Below are positions 22,621 through 35,240 of a stretch of DNA of 64,000 bases, in pieces. The stretch comes from Escherichia coli (lineage in GTDB: Bacteria; Pseudomonadota; Gammaproteobacteria; Enterobacterales; Enterobacteriaceae), in the NCBI RefSeq assembly GCF_030013205.1, contig NZ_CP122648.1; one strand, 5' to 3'. The notes beneath the pieces were generated by a model that saw only the letters and a list, made by a program, of their open reading frames with translations, was not told the origin of the DNA and ran no database searches. A program made the translations under genes and the position numbers. Position 1 is the stretch's first letter. Every line of letters starts with the position of its first letter.

Positions 22621-23232
22621 ATGCGACTGTGGTTAATTCGTCATGGTGAAACGCAAGCGAATATCGATGGTCTGTACAGCGGTCATGCTCCCACACCCCT
22701 GACTGCGCGCGGTATTGAGCAAGCGCAAAATCTGCATACGCTGCTACATGGTGTTTCCTTTGACCTGGTTTTATGCAGTGAACTGGAACGGGCACAGCAT
22801 ACCGCGCGACGGGTTCTCAGTGATCGCCAGCTTCCCGTGCAAATCATCCCTGAACTCAACGAAATGTTTTTTGGCGACTGGGAGATGCGACATCATCGCG
22901 ACCTCATGCAAGAAGATGCCGAAAACTATAGCGCGTGGTGCAATGACTGGCAGCATGCTATCCCCACGAACGGTGAAGGATTTCAGGCATTTTCACAACG
23001 TGTGGAACGGTTTATCGCAAGGCTTAGTGAATTTCAGCACTATCAGAATATTTTAGTCGTCAGCCATCAGGGTGTACTGAGTCTGTTAATCGCCCGTTTA
23101 ATTGGTATGCCTGCCGAAGCTATGTGGCATTTTCGCGTTGACCAGGGGTGTTGGAGCGCCATTGATATCAACCAAAAATTCGCGACGCTACGCGTCCTCA
23201 ATAGCCGTGCCATCGGGGTCGAGAATGCATGA
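22621..23232 (+). CDS. cobC: histidine-phosphatase family protein CobC/PhpB (alpha-ribazole phosphatase-like)
   Basis: 203 aa; RHGETQAN catalytic motif; alternative start one codon upstream (22618). Confidence 0.9.
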   Translation: MRLWLIRHGETQANIDGLYSGHAPTPLTARGIEQAQNLHTLLHGVSFDLVLCSELERAQHTARRVLSDRQLPVQIIPELNEMFFGDWEMRHHRDLMQEDAENYSAWCNDWQHAIPTNGEGFQAFSQRVERFIARLSEFQHYQNILVVSHQGVLSLLIARLIGMPAEAMWHFRVDQGCWSAIDINQKFATLRVLNSRAIGVENA

Positions 23233-23473
23233 CTTTTCTGTTTTTTTACGGGTAAGCCGCAACGACCATTGACAGCCCCGGGCAGGCTGATATTCTCCGC
23301 AGCCAGACTTTTTTCGCCAGACACGACTTTGTAGAAATTGTTTTACAAAAATGGCGATGCAATCTGCGGCGCGGGGTGGGATGATAGCCCACTTTCGAAA
23401 GCCGATTCGGCGACAATTGTCCCGAAATCGCCTCTGGTTCAGGTATACTGACAGACCATTTTTATCTATTTGA

Positions 23474-23809
<336 letters not shown>

Positions 23810-23812
23810 TGC

Positions 23813-24280
23813 GTGAAGCTGCAACTTGTCGCCGTGGGAACGAAAATGCCGGACTGGGTACAAACCGGTTTTACCGAGTACCTGCGTCGTTTTCCGAAAG
23901 ATATGCCCTTCGAGCTGATTGAAATTCCGGCCGGAAAACGCGGCAAGAATGCGGACATCAAGCGCATACTCGACAAAGAGGGTGAGCAGATGTTGGCGGC
24001 CGCAGGCAAAAACCGCATTGTCACCCTCGATATTCCAGGCAAGCCCTGGGATACGCCGCAGTTAGCCGCTGAGCTGGAACGCTGGAAGCTGGATGGTCGC
24101 GACGTCAGTCTACTGATTGGCGGGCCTGAAGGGTTGTCGCCTGCCTGTAAAGCGGCGGCGGAGCAGAGCTGGTCGCTGTCGGCGCTTACCCTCCCCCATC
24201 CGTTGGTTCGCGTGCTGGTCGCAGAGAGTCTGTACCGGGCGTGGAGCATCACCACCAACCATCCTTATCACCGTGAGTGA
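23813..24280 (+). CDS. rlmH: 23S rRNA (pseudouridine1915-N3)-methyltransferase RlmH (YbeA)
   Basis: 155-aa SPOUT-type ORF immediately after rsfS. Confidence 0.9.
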
Positions 24281-24310
24281 TAAGGGAGCTTTGAGTAGAA
24301 AACGCAGCGG

Positions 24311-26212
24311 ATGAAACTACAGAACTCTTTTCGCGACTATACGGCAGAGTCCGCGCTGTTTGTGCGCCGGGCGCTGGTCGCCTTTTTGGGGATTTTGCTG
24401 CTGACCGGCGTGCTTATCGCCAACCTGTATAATCTGCAAATTGTTCGCTTTACCGATTACCAGACCCGCTCTAATGAAAACCGCATTAAACTGGTGCCTA
24501 TCGCGCCCAGCCGCGGCATTATCTACGACCGTAACGGTATCCCTCTGGCACTTAACCGCACTATCTACCAGATAGAGATGATGCCGGAGAAAGTCGATAA
24601 CGTGCAGCAAACGCTGGACGCTTTGCGCAGCGTGGTAGATCTGACCGATGACGATATTGCTGCATTCCGAAAAGAGCGCGCACGTTCACACCGTTTCACC
24701 TCCATTCCGGTGAAAACTAACCTGACCGAAGTACAAGTGGCGCGCTTTGCCGTCAATCAGTACCGTTTTCCGGGTGTTGAAGTTAAAGGCTATAAACGTC
24801 GTTACTATCCTTACGGTTCGGCGTTGACCCACGTCATCGGCTATGTGTCGAAAATCAACGATAAAGACGTCGAACGCCTGAATAATGACGGCAAACTGGC
24901 CAACTATGCGGCAACGCATGATATAGGTAAGCTGGGCATTGAGCGTTACTATGAAGACGTGCTGCACGGTCAGACTGGTTATGAAGAGGTTGAAGTTAAC
25001 AACCGTGGGCGTGTTATCCGCCAGTTAAAAGAAGTACCACCGCAAGCCGGACACGATATTTACCTGACGCTGGATCTCAAACTCCAGCAATATATTGAAA
25101 CGCTGCTGGCGGGTAGCCGCGCAGCTGTGGTAGTCACCGATCCGCGTACAGGTGGGGTGCTGGCGCTGGTTTCCACGCCTAGTTATGACCCAAACCTATT
25201 TGTTGACGGTATCTCCAGCAAAGATTATTCCGCCTTGCTGAACGACCCGAATACACCGCTGGTGAACCGCGCCACACAGGGGGTTTATCCTCCCGCGTCT
25301 ACAGTTAAACCCTATGTGGCGGTTTCGGCATTGAGCGCCGGAGTGATCACGCGCAATACGACGCTGTTTGACCCAGGCTGGTGGCAACTGCCAGGTTCGG
25401 AAAAACGTTATCGTGACTGGAAAAAATGGGGCCACGGGCGTCTGAATGTCACAAGATCGCTGGAAGAATCTGCGGATACCTTCTTCTATCAGGTGGCCTA
25501 CGATATGGGAATCGATCGCCTCTCCGAATGGATGGGTAAATTCGGTTATGGTCATTACACCGGTATCGACCTGGCGGAAGAACGTTCCGGCAACATGCCT
25601 ACCCGCGAATGGAAACAGAAACGCTTTAAAAAACCGTGGTATCAGGGTGACACCATTCCGGTTGGTATCGGTCAGGGTTACTGGACAGCGACCCCAATCC
25701 AGATGAGTAAGGCACTGATGATCCTGATTAATGACGGTATCGTGAAGGTTCCGCATTTGCTGATGAGCACCGCCGAAGACGGCAAACAGGTGCCATGGGT
25801 ACAACCGCATGAACCGCCCGTCGGCGATATTCATTCCGGTTACTGGGAGCTGGCAAAAGACGGTATGTACGGTGTTGCTAACCGCCCTAACGGTACGGCG
25901 CATAAATACTTTGCCAGCGCACCGTACAAAATTGCGGCGAAATCTGGTACAGCTCAGGTCTTCGGTCTGAAAGCGAACGAAACCTATAATGCGCACAAAA
26001 TTGCCGAGCGTTTACGTGACCACAAACTGATGACTGCCTTTGCGCCATACAACAATCCGCAAGTGGCTGTCGCCATGATTCTGGAGAACGGTGGCGCGGG
26101 TCCAGCGGTTGGTACGCTGATGCGCCAGATCCTCGACCACATTATGCTGGGTGATAACAACACCGATCTGCCTGCGGAAAATCCAGCGGTTGCCGCAGCG
26201 GAGGACCATTAA
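24311..26212 (+). CDS. mrdA: peptidoglycan D,D-transpeptidase PBP2
   Basis: 633 aa; N-terminal membrane anchor; SxxK active-site motif STVK. Confidence 0.95.
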   Translation: MKLQNSFRDYTAESALFVRRALVAFLGILLLTGVLIANLYNLQIVRFTDYQTRSNENRIKLVPIAPSRGIIYDRNGIPLALNRTIYQIEMMPEKVDNVQQTLDALRSVVDLTDDDIAAFRKERARSHRFTSIPVKTNLTEVQVARFAVNQYRFPGVEVKGYKRRYYPYGSALTHVIGYVSKINDKDVERLNNDGKLANYAATHDIGKLGIERYYEDVLHGQTGYEEVEVNNRGRVIRQLKEVPPQAGHDIYLTLDLKLQQYIETLLAGSRAAVVVTDPRTGGVLALVSTPSYDPNLFVDGISSKDYSALLNDPNTPLVNRATQGVYPPASTVKPYVAVSALSAGVITRNTTLFDPGWWQLPGSEKRYRDWKKWGHGRLNVTRSLEESADTFFYQVAYDMGIDRLSEWMGKFGYGHYTGIDLAEERSGNMPTREWKQKRFKKPWYQGDTIPVGIGQGYWTATPIQMSKALMILINDGIVKVPHLLMSTAEDGKQVPWVQPHEPPVGDIHSGYWELAKDGMYGVANRPNGTAHKYFASAPYKIAAKSGTAQVFGLKANETYNAHKIAERLRDHKLMTAFAPYNNPQVAVAMILENGGAGPAVGTLMRQILDHIMLGDNNTDLPAENPAVAAAEDH

Positions 26213-26214
26213 TC

Positions 26215-27327
26215 ATGACGGATAATCCGAATAAAAAAACATTCTGGGATAAAGTCCATCTCGATCCCACAATGCTGCTGATCTTACTGGCATTGCTGGT
26301 TTACAGCGCCCTGGTTATCTGGAGCGCCAGCGGTCAGGATATTGGCATGATGGAGCGTAAAATCGGCCAAATCGCGATGGGTCTGGTCATCATGGTGGTG
26401 ATGGCGCAAATTCCTCCACGCGTTTATGAAGGCTGGGCCCCCTATCTCTATATCATCTGTATTATTTTGCTGGTGGCAGTAGATGCTTTTGGTGCCATCT
26501 CTAAAGGCGCTCAACGCTGGCTGGACCTCGGTATCGTTCGTTTTCAGCCGTCGGAAATTGCCAAAATAGCCGTACCACTGATGGTAGCGCGCTTTATCAA
26601 CCGCGACGTTTGCCCGCCATCGTTGAAGAACACTGGCATCGCGCTGGTGCTGATATTTATGCCCACGCTGCTGGTGGCTGCACAGCCTGACCTGGGAACA
26701 TCAATCCTCGTTGCGCTTTCCGGTCTGTTTGTACTGTTCCTCTCTGGCCTTAGCTGGCGTCTGATTGGCGTCGCAGTAGTGCTGGTAGCGGCGTTCATTC
26801 CGATTCTGTGGTTCTTCCTGATGCATGATTACCAGCGCCAGCGCGTAATGATGCTCCTGGACCCGGAATCAGACCCACTCGGCGCGGGCTATCACATTAT
26901 TCAGTCTAAAATTGCTATTGGCTCCGGCGGATTACGCGGCAAAGGCTGGCTGCACGGCACTCAGTCACAACTTGAATTTCTCCCCGAACGCCATACCGAC
27001 TTTATCTTCGCGGTACTGGCGGAAGAGCTGGGATTAGTGGGCATTTTGATTCTGCTCGCTCTCTACATTCTGCTGATCATGCGCGGGCTGTGGATAGCCG
27101 CCAGAGCGCAAACCACCTTTGGTCGCGTCATGGCTGGCGGCTTAATGCTGATATTATTCGTTTATGTCTTCGTAAATATTGGTATGGTAAGCGGTATTCT
27201 GCCGGTTGTAGGGGTTCCGCTCCCACTGGTCAGTTATGGAGGATCGGCGCTAATTGTGCTGATGGCTGGGTTCGGGATTGTAATGTCAATCCACACCCAC
27301 AGGAAAATGTTGTCGAAAAGCGTGTAA
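26215..27327 (+). CDS. mrdB: peptidoglycan glycosyltransferase RodA (SEDS family)
   Basis: 370-aa polytopic membrane protein directly after mrdA. Confidence 0.95.
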   Translation: MTDNPNKKTFWDKVHLDPTMLLILLALLVYSALVIWSASGQDIGMMERKIGQIAMGLVIMVVMAQIPPRVYEGWAPYLYIICIILLVAVDAFGAISKGAQRWLDLGIVRFQPSEIAKIAVPLMVARFINRDVCPPSLKNTGIALVLIFMPTLLVAAQPDLGTSILVALSGLFVLFLSGLSWRLIGVAVVLVAAFIPILWFFLMHDYQRQRVMMLLDPESDPLGAGYHIIQSKIAIGSGGLRGKGWLHGTQSQLEFLPERHTDFIFAVLAEELGLVGILILLALYILLIMRGLWIAARAQTTFGRVMAGGLMLILFVYVFVNIGMVSGILPVVGVPLPLVSYGGSALIVLMAGFGIVMSIHTHRKMLSKSV

Positions 27328-27337
27328 GAGGTGCGCA

Positions 27338-28426
27338 ATGCGTAAGCAGTGGCTCGGGATCTGCATCGCGGCAGGAATGCTCGCGGCATGTACAAGCGAT
27401 GATGGTCAGCAACAGACGGTAAGTGTACCGCAGCCTGCGGTATGTAACGGCCCCATAGTTGAAATTAGCGGGGCGGACCCGCGTTTCGAACCACTGAACG
27501 CGACGGCAAATCAGGATTACCAGCGCGACGGTAAAAGCTACAAAATCGTGCAGGATCCGTCTCGATTTAGCCAGGCGGGACTGGCGGCAATCTATGATGC
27601 CGAACCCGGCAGTAACCTGACGGCCTCTGGCGAAGCATTCGATCCGACACAGTTGACGGCGGCCCATCCAACGCTTCCGATCCCCAGCTACGCCAGAATC
27701 ACTAACCTGGCTAACGGGCGAATGATCGTGGTGCGCATTAATGATCGCGGTCCTTACGGCAACGACCGCGTTATTTCGCTTTCTCGCGCGGCAGCTGACC
27801 GTCTTAACACGTCAAACAACACCAAAGTTCGTATCGATCCGATTATTGTCGCCCAGGATGGTTCGCTTTCTGGTCCTGGTATGGCTTGTACCACAGTTGC
27901 CAAACAGACTTACGCCCTGCCTGCACCTCCCGATTTAAGCGGTGGCGCGGGAACAAGTTCAGTGTCTGGCCCGCAGGGTGACATTCTTCCGGTCAGTAAT
28001 TCGACGCTAAAAAGCGAAGATCCGACCGGCGCGCCGGTAACCAGCAGCGGTTTCCTCGGTGCACCAACGACGTTAGCGCCTGGTGTGCTGGAAGGCAGCG
28101 AACCAACACCTGCGCCACAGCCCGTTGTTACAGCCCCCTCGACAACGCCTGCAACCTCGCCTGCAATGGTGACACCGCAAGCCGCCTCACAAAGCGCCAG
28201 CGGCAACTTTATGGTGCAAGTCGGGGCCGTTAGCGATCAGGCTCGTGCGCAACAGTACCAACAGCAACTGGGACAGAAGTTCGGCGTCCCCGGTCGCGTA
28301 ACTCAAAATGGCGCGGTCTGGCGGATCCAGCTTGGCCCATTCGCCAGCAAAGCCGAAGCCAGTACCTTGCAGCAACGTTTGCAAACCGAAGCCCAATTAC
28401 AGTCATTTATTACCACCGCGCAGTAG
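27338..28426 (+). CDS. rlpA: septal-ring lytic transglycosylase RlpA (lipoprotein)
   Basis: 362 aa; lipobox MLAAC; Pro/Thr/Ala-rich linker; C-terminal SPOR-type region. Confidence 0.9.
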   Translation: MRKQWLGICIAAGMLAACTSDDGQQQTVSVPQPAVCNGPIVEISGADPRFEPLNATANQDYQRDGKSYKIVQDPSRFSQAGLAAIYDAEPGSNLTASGEAFDPTQLTAAHPTLPIPSYARITNLANGRMIVVRINDRGPYGNDRVISLSRAAADRLNTSNNTKVRIDPIIVAQDGSLSGPGMACTTVAKQTYALPAPPDLSGGAGTSSVSGPQGDILPVSNSTLKSEDPTGAPVTSSGFLGAPTTLAPGVLEGSEPTPAPQPVVTAPSTTPATSPAMVTPQAASQSASGNFMVQVGAVSDQARAQQYQQQLGQKFGVPGRVTQNGAVWRIQLGPFASKAEASTLQQRLQTEAQLQSFITTAQ

Positions 28427-28565
28427 CGTAAAGCAGGCATCTGATGTGTCAATTTCTGTAAATGACGTTAACAAAGTCACGCGGAAAGTCAGATGCCTGC
28501 CGGTAGTGCATTTGCTATAGTAGGGCACTTTTTTTAATTCCATCACGGATGTCGTAGTTCAGACC

Positions 28566-29777
28566 ATGAATACCATTTTTTCCGCTCGTATCATGAAGCG
28601 CCTAGCGCTCACCACGGCTCTTTGCACAGCCTTTATCTCTGCTGCACATGCCGATGACCTGAATATCAAAACTATGATCCCGGGTGTACCGCAGATCGAT
28701 GCGGAGTCCTACATCCTGATTGACTATAACTCCGGCAAAGTGCTCGCCGAACAGAACGCAGATGTCCGCCGCGATCCTGCCAGCCTGACCAAAATGATGA
28801 CCAGTTACGTTATCGGCCAGGCAATGAAAGCCGGTAAATTTAAAGAAACTGATTTAGTCACTATCGGCAACGACGCATGGGCCACCGGTAACCCGGTGTT
28901 TAAAGGTTCTTCACTGATGTTCCTCAAACCGGGCATGCAGGTTCCGGTTTCTCAGCTGATCCGCGGTATTAACCTGCAATCGGGTAACGATGCTTGTGTC
29001 GCCATGGCCGATTTTGCCGCTGGTAGCCAGGACGCTTTTGTTGGCTTGATGAACAGCTACGTTAACGCCCTGGGCCTGAAAAATACCCACTTCCAGACGG
29101 TACATGGTCTGGATGCTGATGGTCAGTACAGCTCCGCGCGAGATATGGCGCTGATCGGCCAGGCGTTGATCCGTGACGTACCGAATGAATACTCGATCTA
29201 TAAAGAAAAAGAATTTACGTTTAACGGTATTCGCCAGCTGAACCGTAACGGTCTGTTATGGGATAACAGCCTGAATGTCGACGGCATCAAAACCGGACAC
29301 ACTGACAAAGCAGGTTACAACCTTGTTGCTTCTGCGACTGAAGGCCAGATGCGCTTGATCTCTGCGGTGATGGGCGGACGTACTTTTAAAGGCCGTGAAG
29401 CCGAAAGTAAAAAACTGCTGACCTGGGGCTTCCGTTTCTTCGAAACCGTTAACCCACTGAAAGTAGGTAAAGAGTTCGCCTCTGAACCGGTTTGGTTTGG
29501 TGATTCTGATCGCGCTTCGTTAGGTGTTGATAAAGACGTGTATCTGACCATTCCGCGTGGCCGCATGAAAGATCTGAAAGCCAGCTATGTGCTGAACAGC
29601 AGTGAATTGCATGCGCCGCTGCAAAAGAATCAGGTCGTCGGTACTATCAACTTCCAGCTTGATGGCAAAACGATCGAACAACGCCCGCTGGTTGTGCTGC
29701 AAGAAATCCCGGAAGGCAACTTCTTCGGCAAAATCATTGATTACATTAAATTAATGTTCCATCACTGGTTTGGTTAA
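28566..29777 (+). CDS. dacA: D-alanyl-D-alanine carboxypeptidase PBP5
   Basis: 403 aa; signal peptide; SxxK motif SLTK. Confidence 0.95.
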
Positions 29778-29886
29778 AAATCGAACACTTGAAAGTGTAA
29801 TTTCCGTCCCCATATACTAAGCATCAGTAAAAAACTCCCGCCTTCTGGCGGGAGTTGCTATTTAATTACGTTACGCCGGAGCTGAC

Positions 29887-30150
29887 ATGAAAACCAAACT
29901 TAACGAACTGCTTGAATTCCCTACTCCTTTTACTTACAAAGTTATGGGGCAGGCGTTACCTGAGCTGGTTGATCAGGTGGTTGAAGTGGTACAGCGCCAT
30001 GCGCCAGGTGACTACACCCCAACGGTAAAACCAAGCAGCAAAGGCAACTACCACTCGGTATCTATCACTATCAACGCTACTCATATCGAGCAGGTTGAAA
30101 CACTGTATGAAGAACTGGGCAAAATCGATATTGTCCGCATGGTTCTGTAA
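29887..30150 (+). CDS. ybeD: UPF0250 protein YbeD
   Basis: 87-aa ORF between dacA and lipB, conserved order. Confidence 0.9.
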
Positions 30151-30250
30151 CTCGCTTCTCCGTTACCCGGCTCCTGGTCGGGTAACTCCCCTCTCCTCGC
30201 TGTGATATACTTTTCCCCCACTTTTACTCATTCTCCACGGAGATGCCGTT

Positions 30251-30892
30251 TTGTATCAGGATAAAATTCTTGTCCGCCAGCTCGGTCTTCAGCCTTACGA
30301 GCCAATTTCCCAGGCTATGCATGAATTCACCGATACCCGCGATGATAGTACCCTTGATGAAATCTGGCTGGTCGAGCACTATCCGGTATTCACCCAAGGG
30401 CAGGCAGGAAAAGCGGAGCACATTTTAATGCCGGGTGATATTCCGGTGATTCAGAGCGATCGCGGTGGGCAGGTGACTTATCACGGGCCGGGGCAACAGG
30501 TGATGTATGTGTTGCTTAACCTGAAACGCCGTAAACTCGGTGTGCGTGAACTGGTGACCTTGCTTGAGCAAACAGTGGTGAATACCCTGGCTGAACTGGG
30601 TATAGAAGCGCATCCTCGGGCTGACGCGCCTGGTGTCTATGTCGGGGAAAAGAAAATTTGCTCACTGGGTTTACGTATTCGACGCGGTTGTTCATTCCAC
30701 GGTCTGGCATTAAACGTCAATATGGATCTTTCACCATTTTTACGTATTAATCCTTGTGGGTATGCCGGAATGGAAATGGCTAAAATATCACAATGGAAAC
30801 CCGAAGCGACGACTAATAATATTGCACCGCGTTTACTGGAAAATATTTTAGCGCTACTAAACAATCCTGACTTCGAATATATTACCGCTTAA
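30251..30892 (+). CDS. lipB: octanoyltransferase LipB
   Basis: 213-aa ORF with TTG start. Confidence 0.9.
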
Positions 30893-31151
30893 TTGCATAC
30901 CTCAATGGCCCAATTTACACTGGGTCATTACTCATAATACCTGCTAATGCTTTACATCTCCTTCGCGTTTGTATATTTTCTTTATCACTTGCAGAAATGC
31001 GATGCTACGCCTTGCTCCGTAACTCACCCCATTGATTAACTTATTGAAATAGTTGATTATGGTGAGCAAAAGCGTTCCGTTCCAATTAGACATAAGATTA
31101 TTGTAATTTTTTTAAATATTATTTTTCCATGAATAAAATTGGAGTAAGTGC

Positions 31152-32105
31152 GTGGATAGTAATAATCAAATTGAAACCTGTTTAAGCAGAAAGTCGTCAG
31201 AAGGTAAACCACAAATATTTACAACCTTACGAAATATTGATCTTAACCTTCTGACTATTTTTGAAGCTGTATATGTACATAAAGGGATCGTTAATGCAGC
31301 GAAAGTGCTTAATCTGACACCCTCGGCAATCAGTCAGTCTATTCAGAAACTGCGCGTTATATTCCCTGACCCATTGTTTATTCGCAAAGGCCAGGGTGTC
31401 ACTCCTACCGCATTTGCGATGCATCTACATGAGTATATCAGTCAGGGCCTTGAGTCCATTCTTGGCGCGCTGGATATCGAAGGAAGCTATGATAAGCAAC
31501 GAACGATAACTATTGCGACCACCCCCTCGGTCGGAGCCCTGGTCCTTCCTGTCATCTATCGGGCGATTAAATCTCACTATCCGCAGCTTTTACTGCGCAA
31601 CCCCCCCATCAGCGACGCGGAAAACCAACTCAGTCAGTTTCAAACCGATCTCATCATCGATAACATGTTTTGCACCAATCGTACGGTGCAACATCATGTT
31701 CTGTTCACCGACAATATGGTGTTAATTTGCCGCGAGGGAAATCCACTACTCTCTTTAGAAGATGACAGGGAGACTATCGACAACGCTGCGCATATACTCC
31801 TGTTACCGGAAGGGCAAAATTTCAGCGGTCTGCGGCAGAGAGTTCAAGAGATGTTTCCGGACCGGCAAATCAGTTTCACCAGCTACAACATTTTGACAAT
31901 CGCTGCACTGGTTGCCAACAGTGACATGTTAGCGATTATTCCCAGCCGTTTTTATAACCTGTTTAGCCGTTGCTGGCCGCTGGAAAAACTGCCTTTTCCG
32001 TCCTTAAATGATGAGCAAATAGATTTCTCTATCCACTACAACAAATTCAGCCTGCGTGATCCCATCCTGCACGGGGTAATAGATGTTATCCGTAATGCAT
32101 TTTGA
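31152..32105 (+). CDS. ybeF: LysR-family transcriptional regulator YbeF
   Basis: 317 aa, GTG start; N-terminal HTH LNLLTIFEAVYVHKGIVNAAKVLNLTPSAISQSIQKLR; AT-rich. Confidence 0.85.
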   Translation: MDSNNQIETCLSRKSSEGKPQIFTTLRNIDLNLLTIFEAVYVHKGIVNAAKVLNLTPSAISQSIQKLRVIFPDPLFIRKGQGVTPTAFAMHLHEYISQGLESILGALDIEGSYDKQRTITIATTPSVGALVLPVIYRAIKSHYPQLLLRNPPISDAENQLSQFQTDLIIDNMFCTNRTVQHHVLFTDNMVLICREGNPLLSLEDDRETIDNAAHILLLPEGQNFSGLRQRVQEMFPDRQISFTSYNILTIAALVANSDMLAIIPSRFYNLFSRCWPLEKLPFPSLNDEQIDFSIHYNKFSLRDPILHGVIDVIRNAF

Positions 32106-32313
32106 AAAAGTATTGTTACAGCCAGATCACAGCGAAGAACGAAAAAATGGCACAATCCAACAACAATTTTACATTTTCGCGACCGCTTTGGCTGCTTTCA
32201 GGTCCGTTTCAATGATATACTGCCAGTCGTTAATTCAAAAATAGTTGATAATTACAACAATCTATTGAATTGAAACGCTTTCCTTCGTAATTCGCAACTG
32301 GAACACGCACGCT

Positions 32314-33279
32314 ATGAGTAAACCCATTGTGATGGAACGCGGTGTTAAATACCGCGATGCCGATAAGATGGCCCTTATCCCGGTTAAAAACGTGGCAACA
32401 GAGCGCGAAGCCCTGCTGCGCAAGCCGGAATGGATGAAAATCAAGCTTCCAGCGGACTCTACACGTATCCAGGGCATCAAAGCGGCAATGCGCAAAAATG
32501 GCCTGCATTCTGTCTGCGAGGAAGCCTCCTGCCCTAACCTGGCGGAATGCTTCAACCACGGCACAGCAACGTTTATGATCCTCGGCGCTATTTGTACCCG
32601 CCGTTGTCCGTTCTGTGACGTTGCCCACGGTCGCCCGGTAGCTCCGGATGCCAATGAACCAGTGAAACTGGCGCAGACCATTGCCGATATGGCGCTGCGT
32701 TATGTGGTTATCACCTCCGTTGACCGTGATGACCTGCGCGATGGCGGTGCCCAGCACTTTGCGGATTGCATTACTGCCATTCGGGAAAAAAGCCCGCAAA
32801 TCAAAATTGAAACTCTGGTGCCGGATTTCCGCGGTCGTATGGATCGTGCTCTGGATATTCTAACCGCCACACCACCAGATGTGTTCAACCATAACCTGGA
32901 AAACGTACCGCGTATTTACCGTCAGGTACGGCCTGGTGCAGATTACAACTGGTCGCTGAAGCTGCTGGAACGCTTTAAAGAAGCGCATCCGGAAATCCCG
33001 ACCAAGTCTGGTCTGATGGTGGGTCTGGGTGAAACCAATGAAGAAATTATTGAGGTAATGCGCGACCTGCGCCGTCATGGTGTGACGATGTTAACGCTGG
33101 GGCAATATTTGCAGCCAAGCCGCCATCACCTGCCGGTTCAACGTTACGTTAGCCCGGATGAGTTCGACGAAATGAAAGCCGAAGCGCTGGCGATGGGCTT
33201 TACCCATGCTGCATGCGGTCCGTTTGTCCGCTCGTCTTACCACGCCGATTTGCAGGCGAAAGGGATGGAAGTTAAGTAA
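32314..33279 (+). CDS. lipA: lipoyl synthase (radical SAM)
   Basis: 321 aa; cysteine motifs CPNLAEC and CTRRCPFC. Confidence 0.95.
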
Positions 33280-33310
33280 TCCTGTAATAATTACTTACAT
33301 CTGTCTGATA

Positions 33311-33340
33311 AAAAACCCGCTTTTTGAAGCGGTTTTTTTT
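33311..33340. terminator. bidirectional terminator between lipA and tatE
   Basis: A run, CCGCTT-TTTG-AAGCGG stem-loop, then T run. Confidence 0.65.
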
Positions 33341-33380
33341 GTATCGAACAAGATATTGAGGGAGCGTCCTGCTCGCCACG

Positions 33381-33584
33381 TCACTCTTTATGAGAGAGCT
33401 TTTCAGCCTGAAGATCAACGTCTGCGCCTTTTTTCGCCGCAGCATCGTCATCATTCATCGCCTTCTTGAACCCTTTAATGGCCGCTCCAAGGTCTCCGCC
33501 CAGCGTACGTAACTTCTTAGTCCCAAACAGCAGAACGACCAGCGCCGCAACTACCAGCAGTTTGGTAATACTAATCTCACCCAT
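33381..33584 (-). CDS. tatE: twin-arginine translocase subunit TatE
   Basis: 67 aa [26 protein letters not shown].. (TatA/E family). Confidence 0.9.
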   Translation of the reverse strand: MGEISITKLLVVAALVVLLFGTKKLRTLGGDLGAAIKGFKKAMNDDDAAAKKGADVDLQAEKLSHKE

Positions 33585-33712
33585 AGATACCTTCTTGACA
33601 TATAACCGGCAACAGAACGCGCCTTAAAAACCAGAGAATATTAACGGTCATTCGACGCGCGCACACAATAGCAATCTGTAACAAGGTGAATCAAGCGCCG
33701 AGTAAAAAAACA

Positions 33713-34507
33713 TCATAATAATTGCGGCGGCGCAAAGCGACGGTTGTTTAAGACGGGCAGTTGCGCGCGCACCTGACGCACACGTTCGGGCGTCACTTCC
33801 GCCATAATGAGTGCAGGCATTTCTGACGCTGCCGCAATGGTGACGCCAAAGGGATCTATAATCCGGCTTTGCCCGATATTTTTGTTCCCGCACTCCCCCG
33901 CCGCCACCATATAACAGGTGGTATCCAGCGCACGAGCGGCAAGCAACGTTGACCAGTGATGCTCTTTGAGCGGCCCACGAACCCAGGCGGCAGGAAGTAC
34001 CAGGATTTCAGCTCCCTGTAATGCCTGTGCCAGCGCCAGCTCTGGAAAGCGTAAGTCATAACAGGTCATCAGACCGACCTTCATCCCTTCCACCTCCAGT
34101 AACGGAGCTATTTCATTACCAGCATCAACATGGCGTGATTCCTGAATGGCAAATGCATCATAGAGATGCAGTTTGGCATAACGGGCGACGATGTTTCCTG
34201 CCTGTAGCGCCACCAGCATATTCCATGCGCGCCCCGGCGTTGAAGGAACATGAATCGTCAGAATTGTCGTCATCATGTTACGTTTACTTTCTCGCCGTAA
34301 ACGTCCGAGGAATTCGCCTTCCAGCAGCTGTGCTGATTTAACCGATAGATCTGCATCATGATCATCACGCGCCAACAATGCTTCCGGCAGGACAAACAGC
34401 GAAACGTCGTTTTCCGCCGCCTGCGCCATCAACGAGGCACAAATCTCAGCGTTCTTTTCCCACACAGATGTAACAGCAAACTGTCCTGCAGCAACCAGCA
34501 TTGCCAC
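33713..34507 (-). CDS. ybeM: C-N hydrolase (nitrilase superfamily) YbeM, apparently intact
   Basis: 264-aa uninterrupted ORF with catalytic-cysteine context [12 protein letters not shown]; the true start may be the second Met (34501). Confidence 0.8.
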   Translation of the reverse strand: MAMLVAAGQFAVTSVWEKNAEICASLMAQAAENDVSLFVLPEALLARDDHDADLSVKSAQLLEGEFLGRLRRESKRNMMTTILTIHVPSTPGRAWNMLVALQAGNIVARYAKLHLYDAFAIQESRHVDAGNEIAPLLEVEGMKVGLMTCYDLRFPELALAQALQGAEILVLPAAWVRGPLKEHHWSTLLAARALDTTCYMVAAGECGNKNIGQSRIIDPFGVTIAAASEMPALIMAEVTPERVRQVRAQLPVLNNRRFAPPQLL

Positions 34508-34593
34508 CTCCTGTCAGAGTCGTAAAATTCGCCAACGACGATTATTCGGCGTTACACTTATCACTCATACAAATCAAATAGCAGGATTTTGCA

Positions 34594-34977
34594 GTGTTAC
34601 AACTTCTTTTAGCAGTTTTTATTGGCGGTGGTACGGGAAGCGTGGCGAGATGGCTGTTAAGTATGCGATTTAACCCGCTGCATCAGGCGATTCCGTTGGG
34701 GACGCTGGCTGCAAACCTGATTGGGGCATTCATCATAGGAATGGGATTCGCCTGGTTTAGCAGGATGACGAACATTGATCCAGTGTGGAAAGTATTAATC
34801 ACCACCGGATTTTGTGGCGGTCTAACAACCTTCTCAACATTTTCGGCAGAAGTGGTGTTTTTGTTACAAGAGGGCCGCTTAGGCTGGGCGTTACTGAACG
34901 TTTTCGTCAACCTTTTGGGGTCTTTTGCCATGACCGCACTGGCTTTCTGGCTGTTTTCCGCCTCAACCGCACACTAA
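34594..34977 (+). CDS. crcB: fluoride channel CrcB/FluC
   Basis: 127-aa small four-helix membrane protein. Confidence 0.9.
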   Translation: MLQLLLAVFIGGGTGSVARWLLSMRFNPLHQAIPLGTLAANLIGAFIIGMGFAWFSRMTNIDPVWKVLITTGFCGGLTTFSTFSAEVVFLLQEGRLGWALLNVFVNLLGSFAMTALAFWLFSASTAH

Positions 34978-34982
34978 AGACC

Positions 34983-35011
34983 AAAAAAAACCCGCTGATT
35001 AAGCGGGTTTT
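34983..35011. terminator. bidirectional terminator between crcB and cspE
   Basis: A8 run, CCCGCT-GATTA-AGCGGG hairpin, then TTTTG. Confidence 0.7.
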
Positions 35012-35030
35012 GAATTCTTGCTGACGTATC

Positions 35031-35240
35031 TTACAGAGCGATTACGTTTGCAGCAGAAGGGCCTTTGGCACCGTTAGTGATTTCGAACTCTACGCGCTGA
35101 CCTTCAGCAAGAGTTTTAAAACCATTAGTCTGGATTGCAGAGAAGTGTACAAACACGTCTTTGCTGCCGTCTTCCGGAGTAATGAAACCGAATCCTTTGG
35201 ACTCATTAAACCACTTAACGTTACCTTTAATCTTAGACAT
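35031..35240 (-). CDS. cspE: cold-shock-domain protein CspE
   Basis: 69 aa [20 protein letters not shown]..; the track ORF extends 28 codons upstream. Confidence 0.95.

Noticed and set aside
23269-23296. Perfect -35 TTGACA with TATTCT 16 bp downstream, between cobC and rsfS
   Set aside because: Possibly a real promoter for the rsfS-rlmH-mrdAB operon, but the -10 is weak and it lies about 190 bp from the rsfS start; not confident enough to list as a feature.
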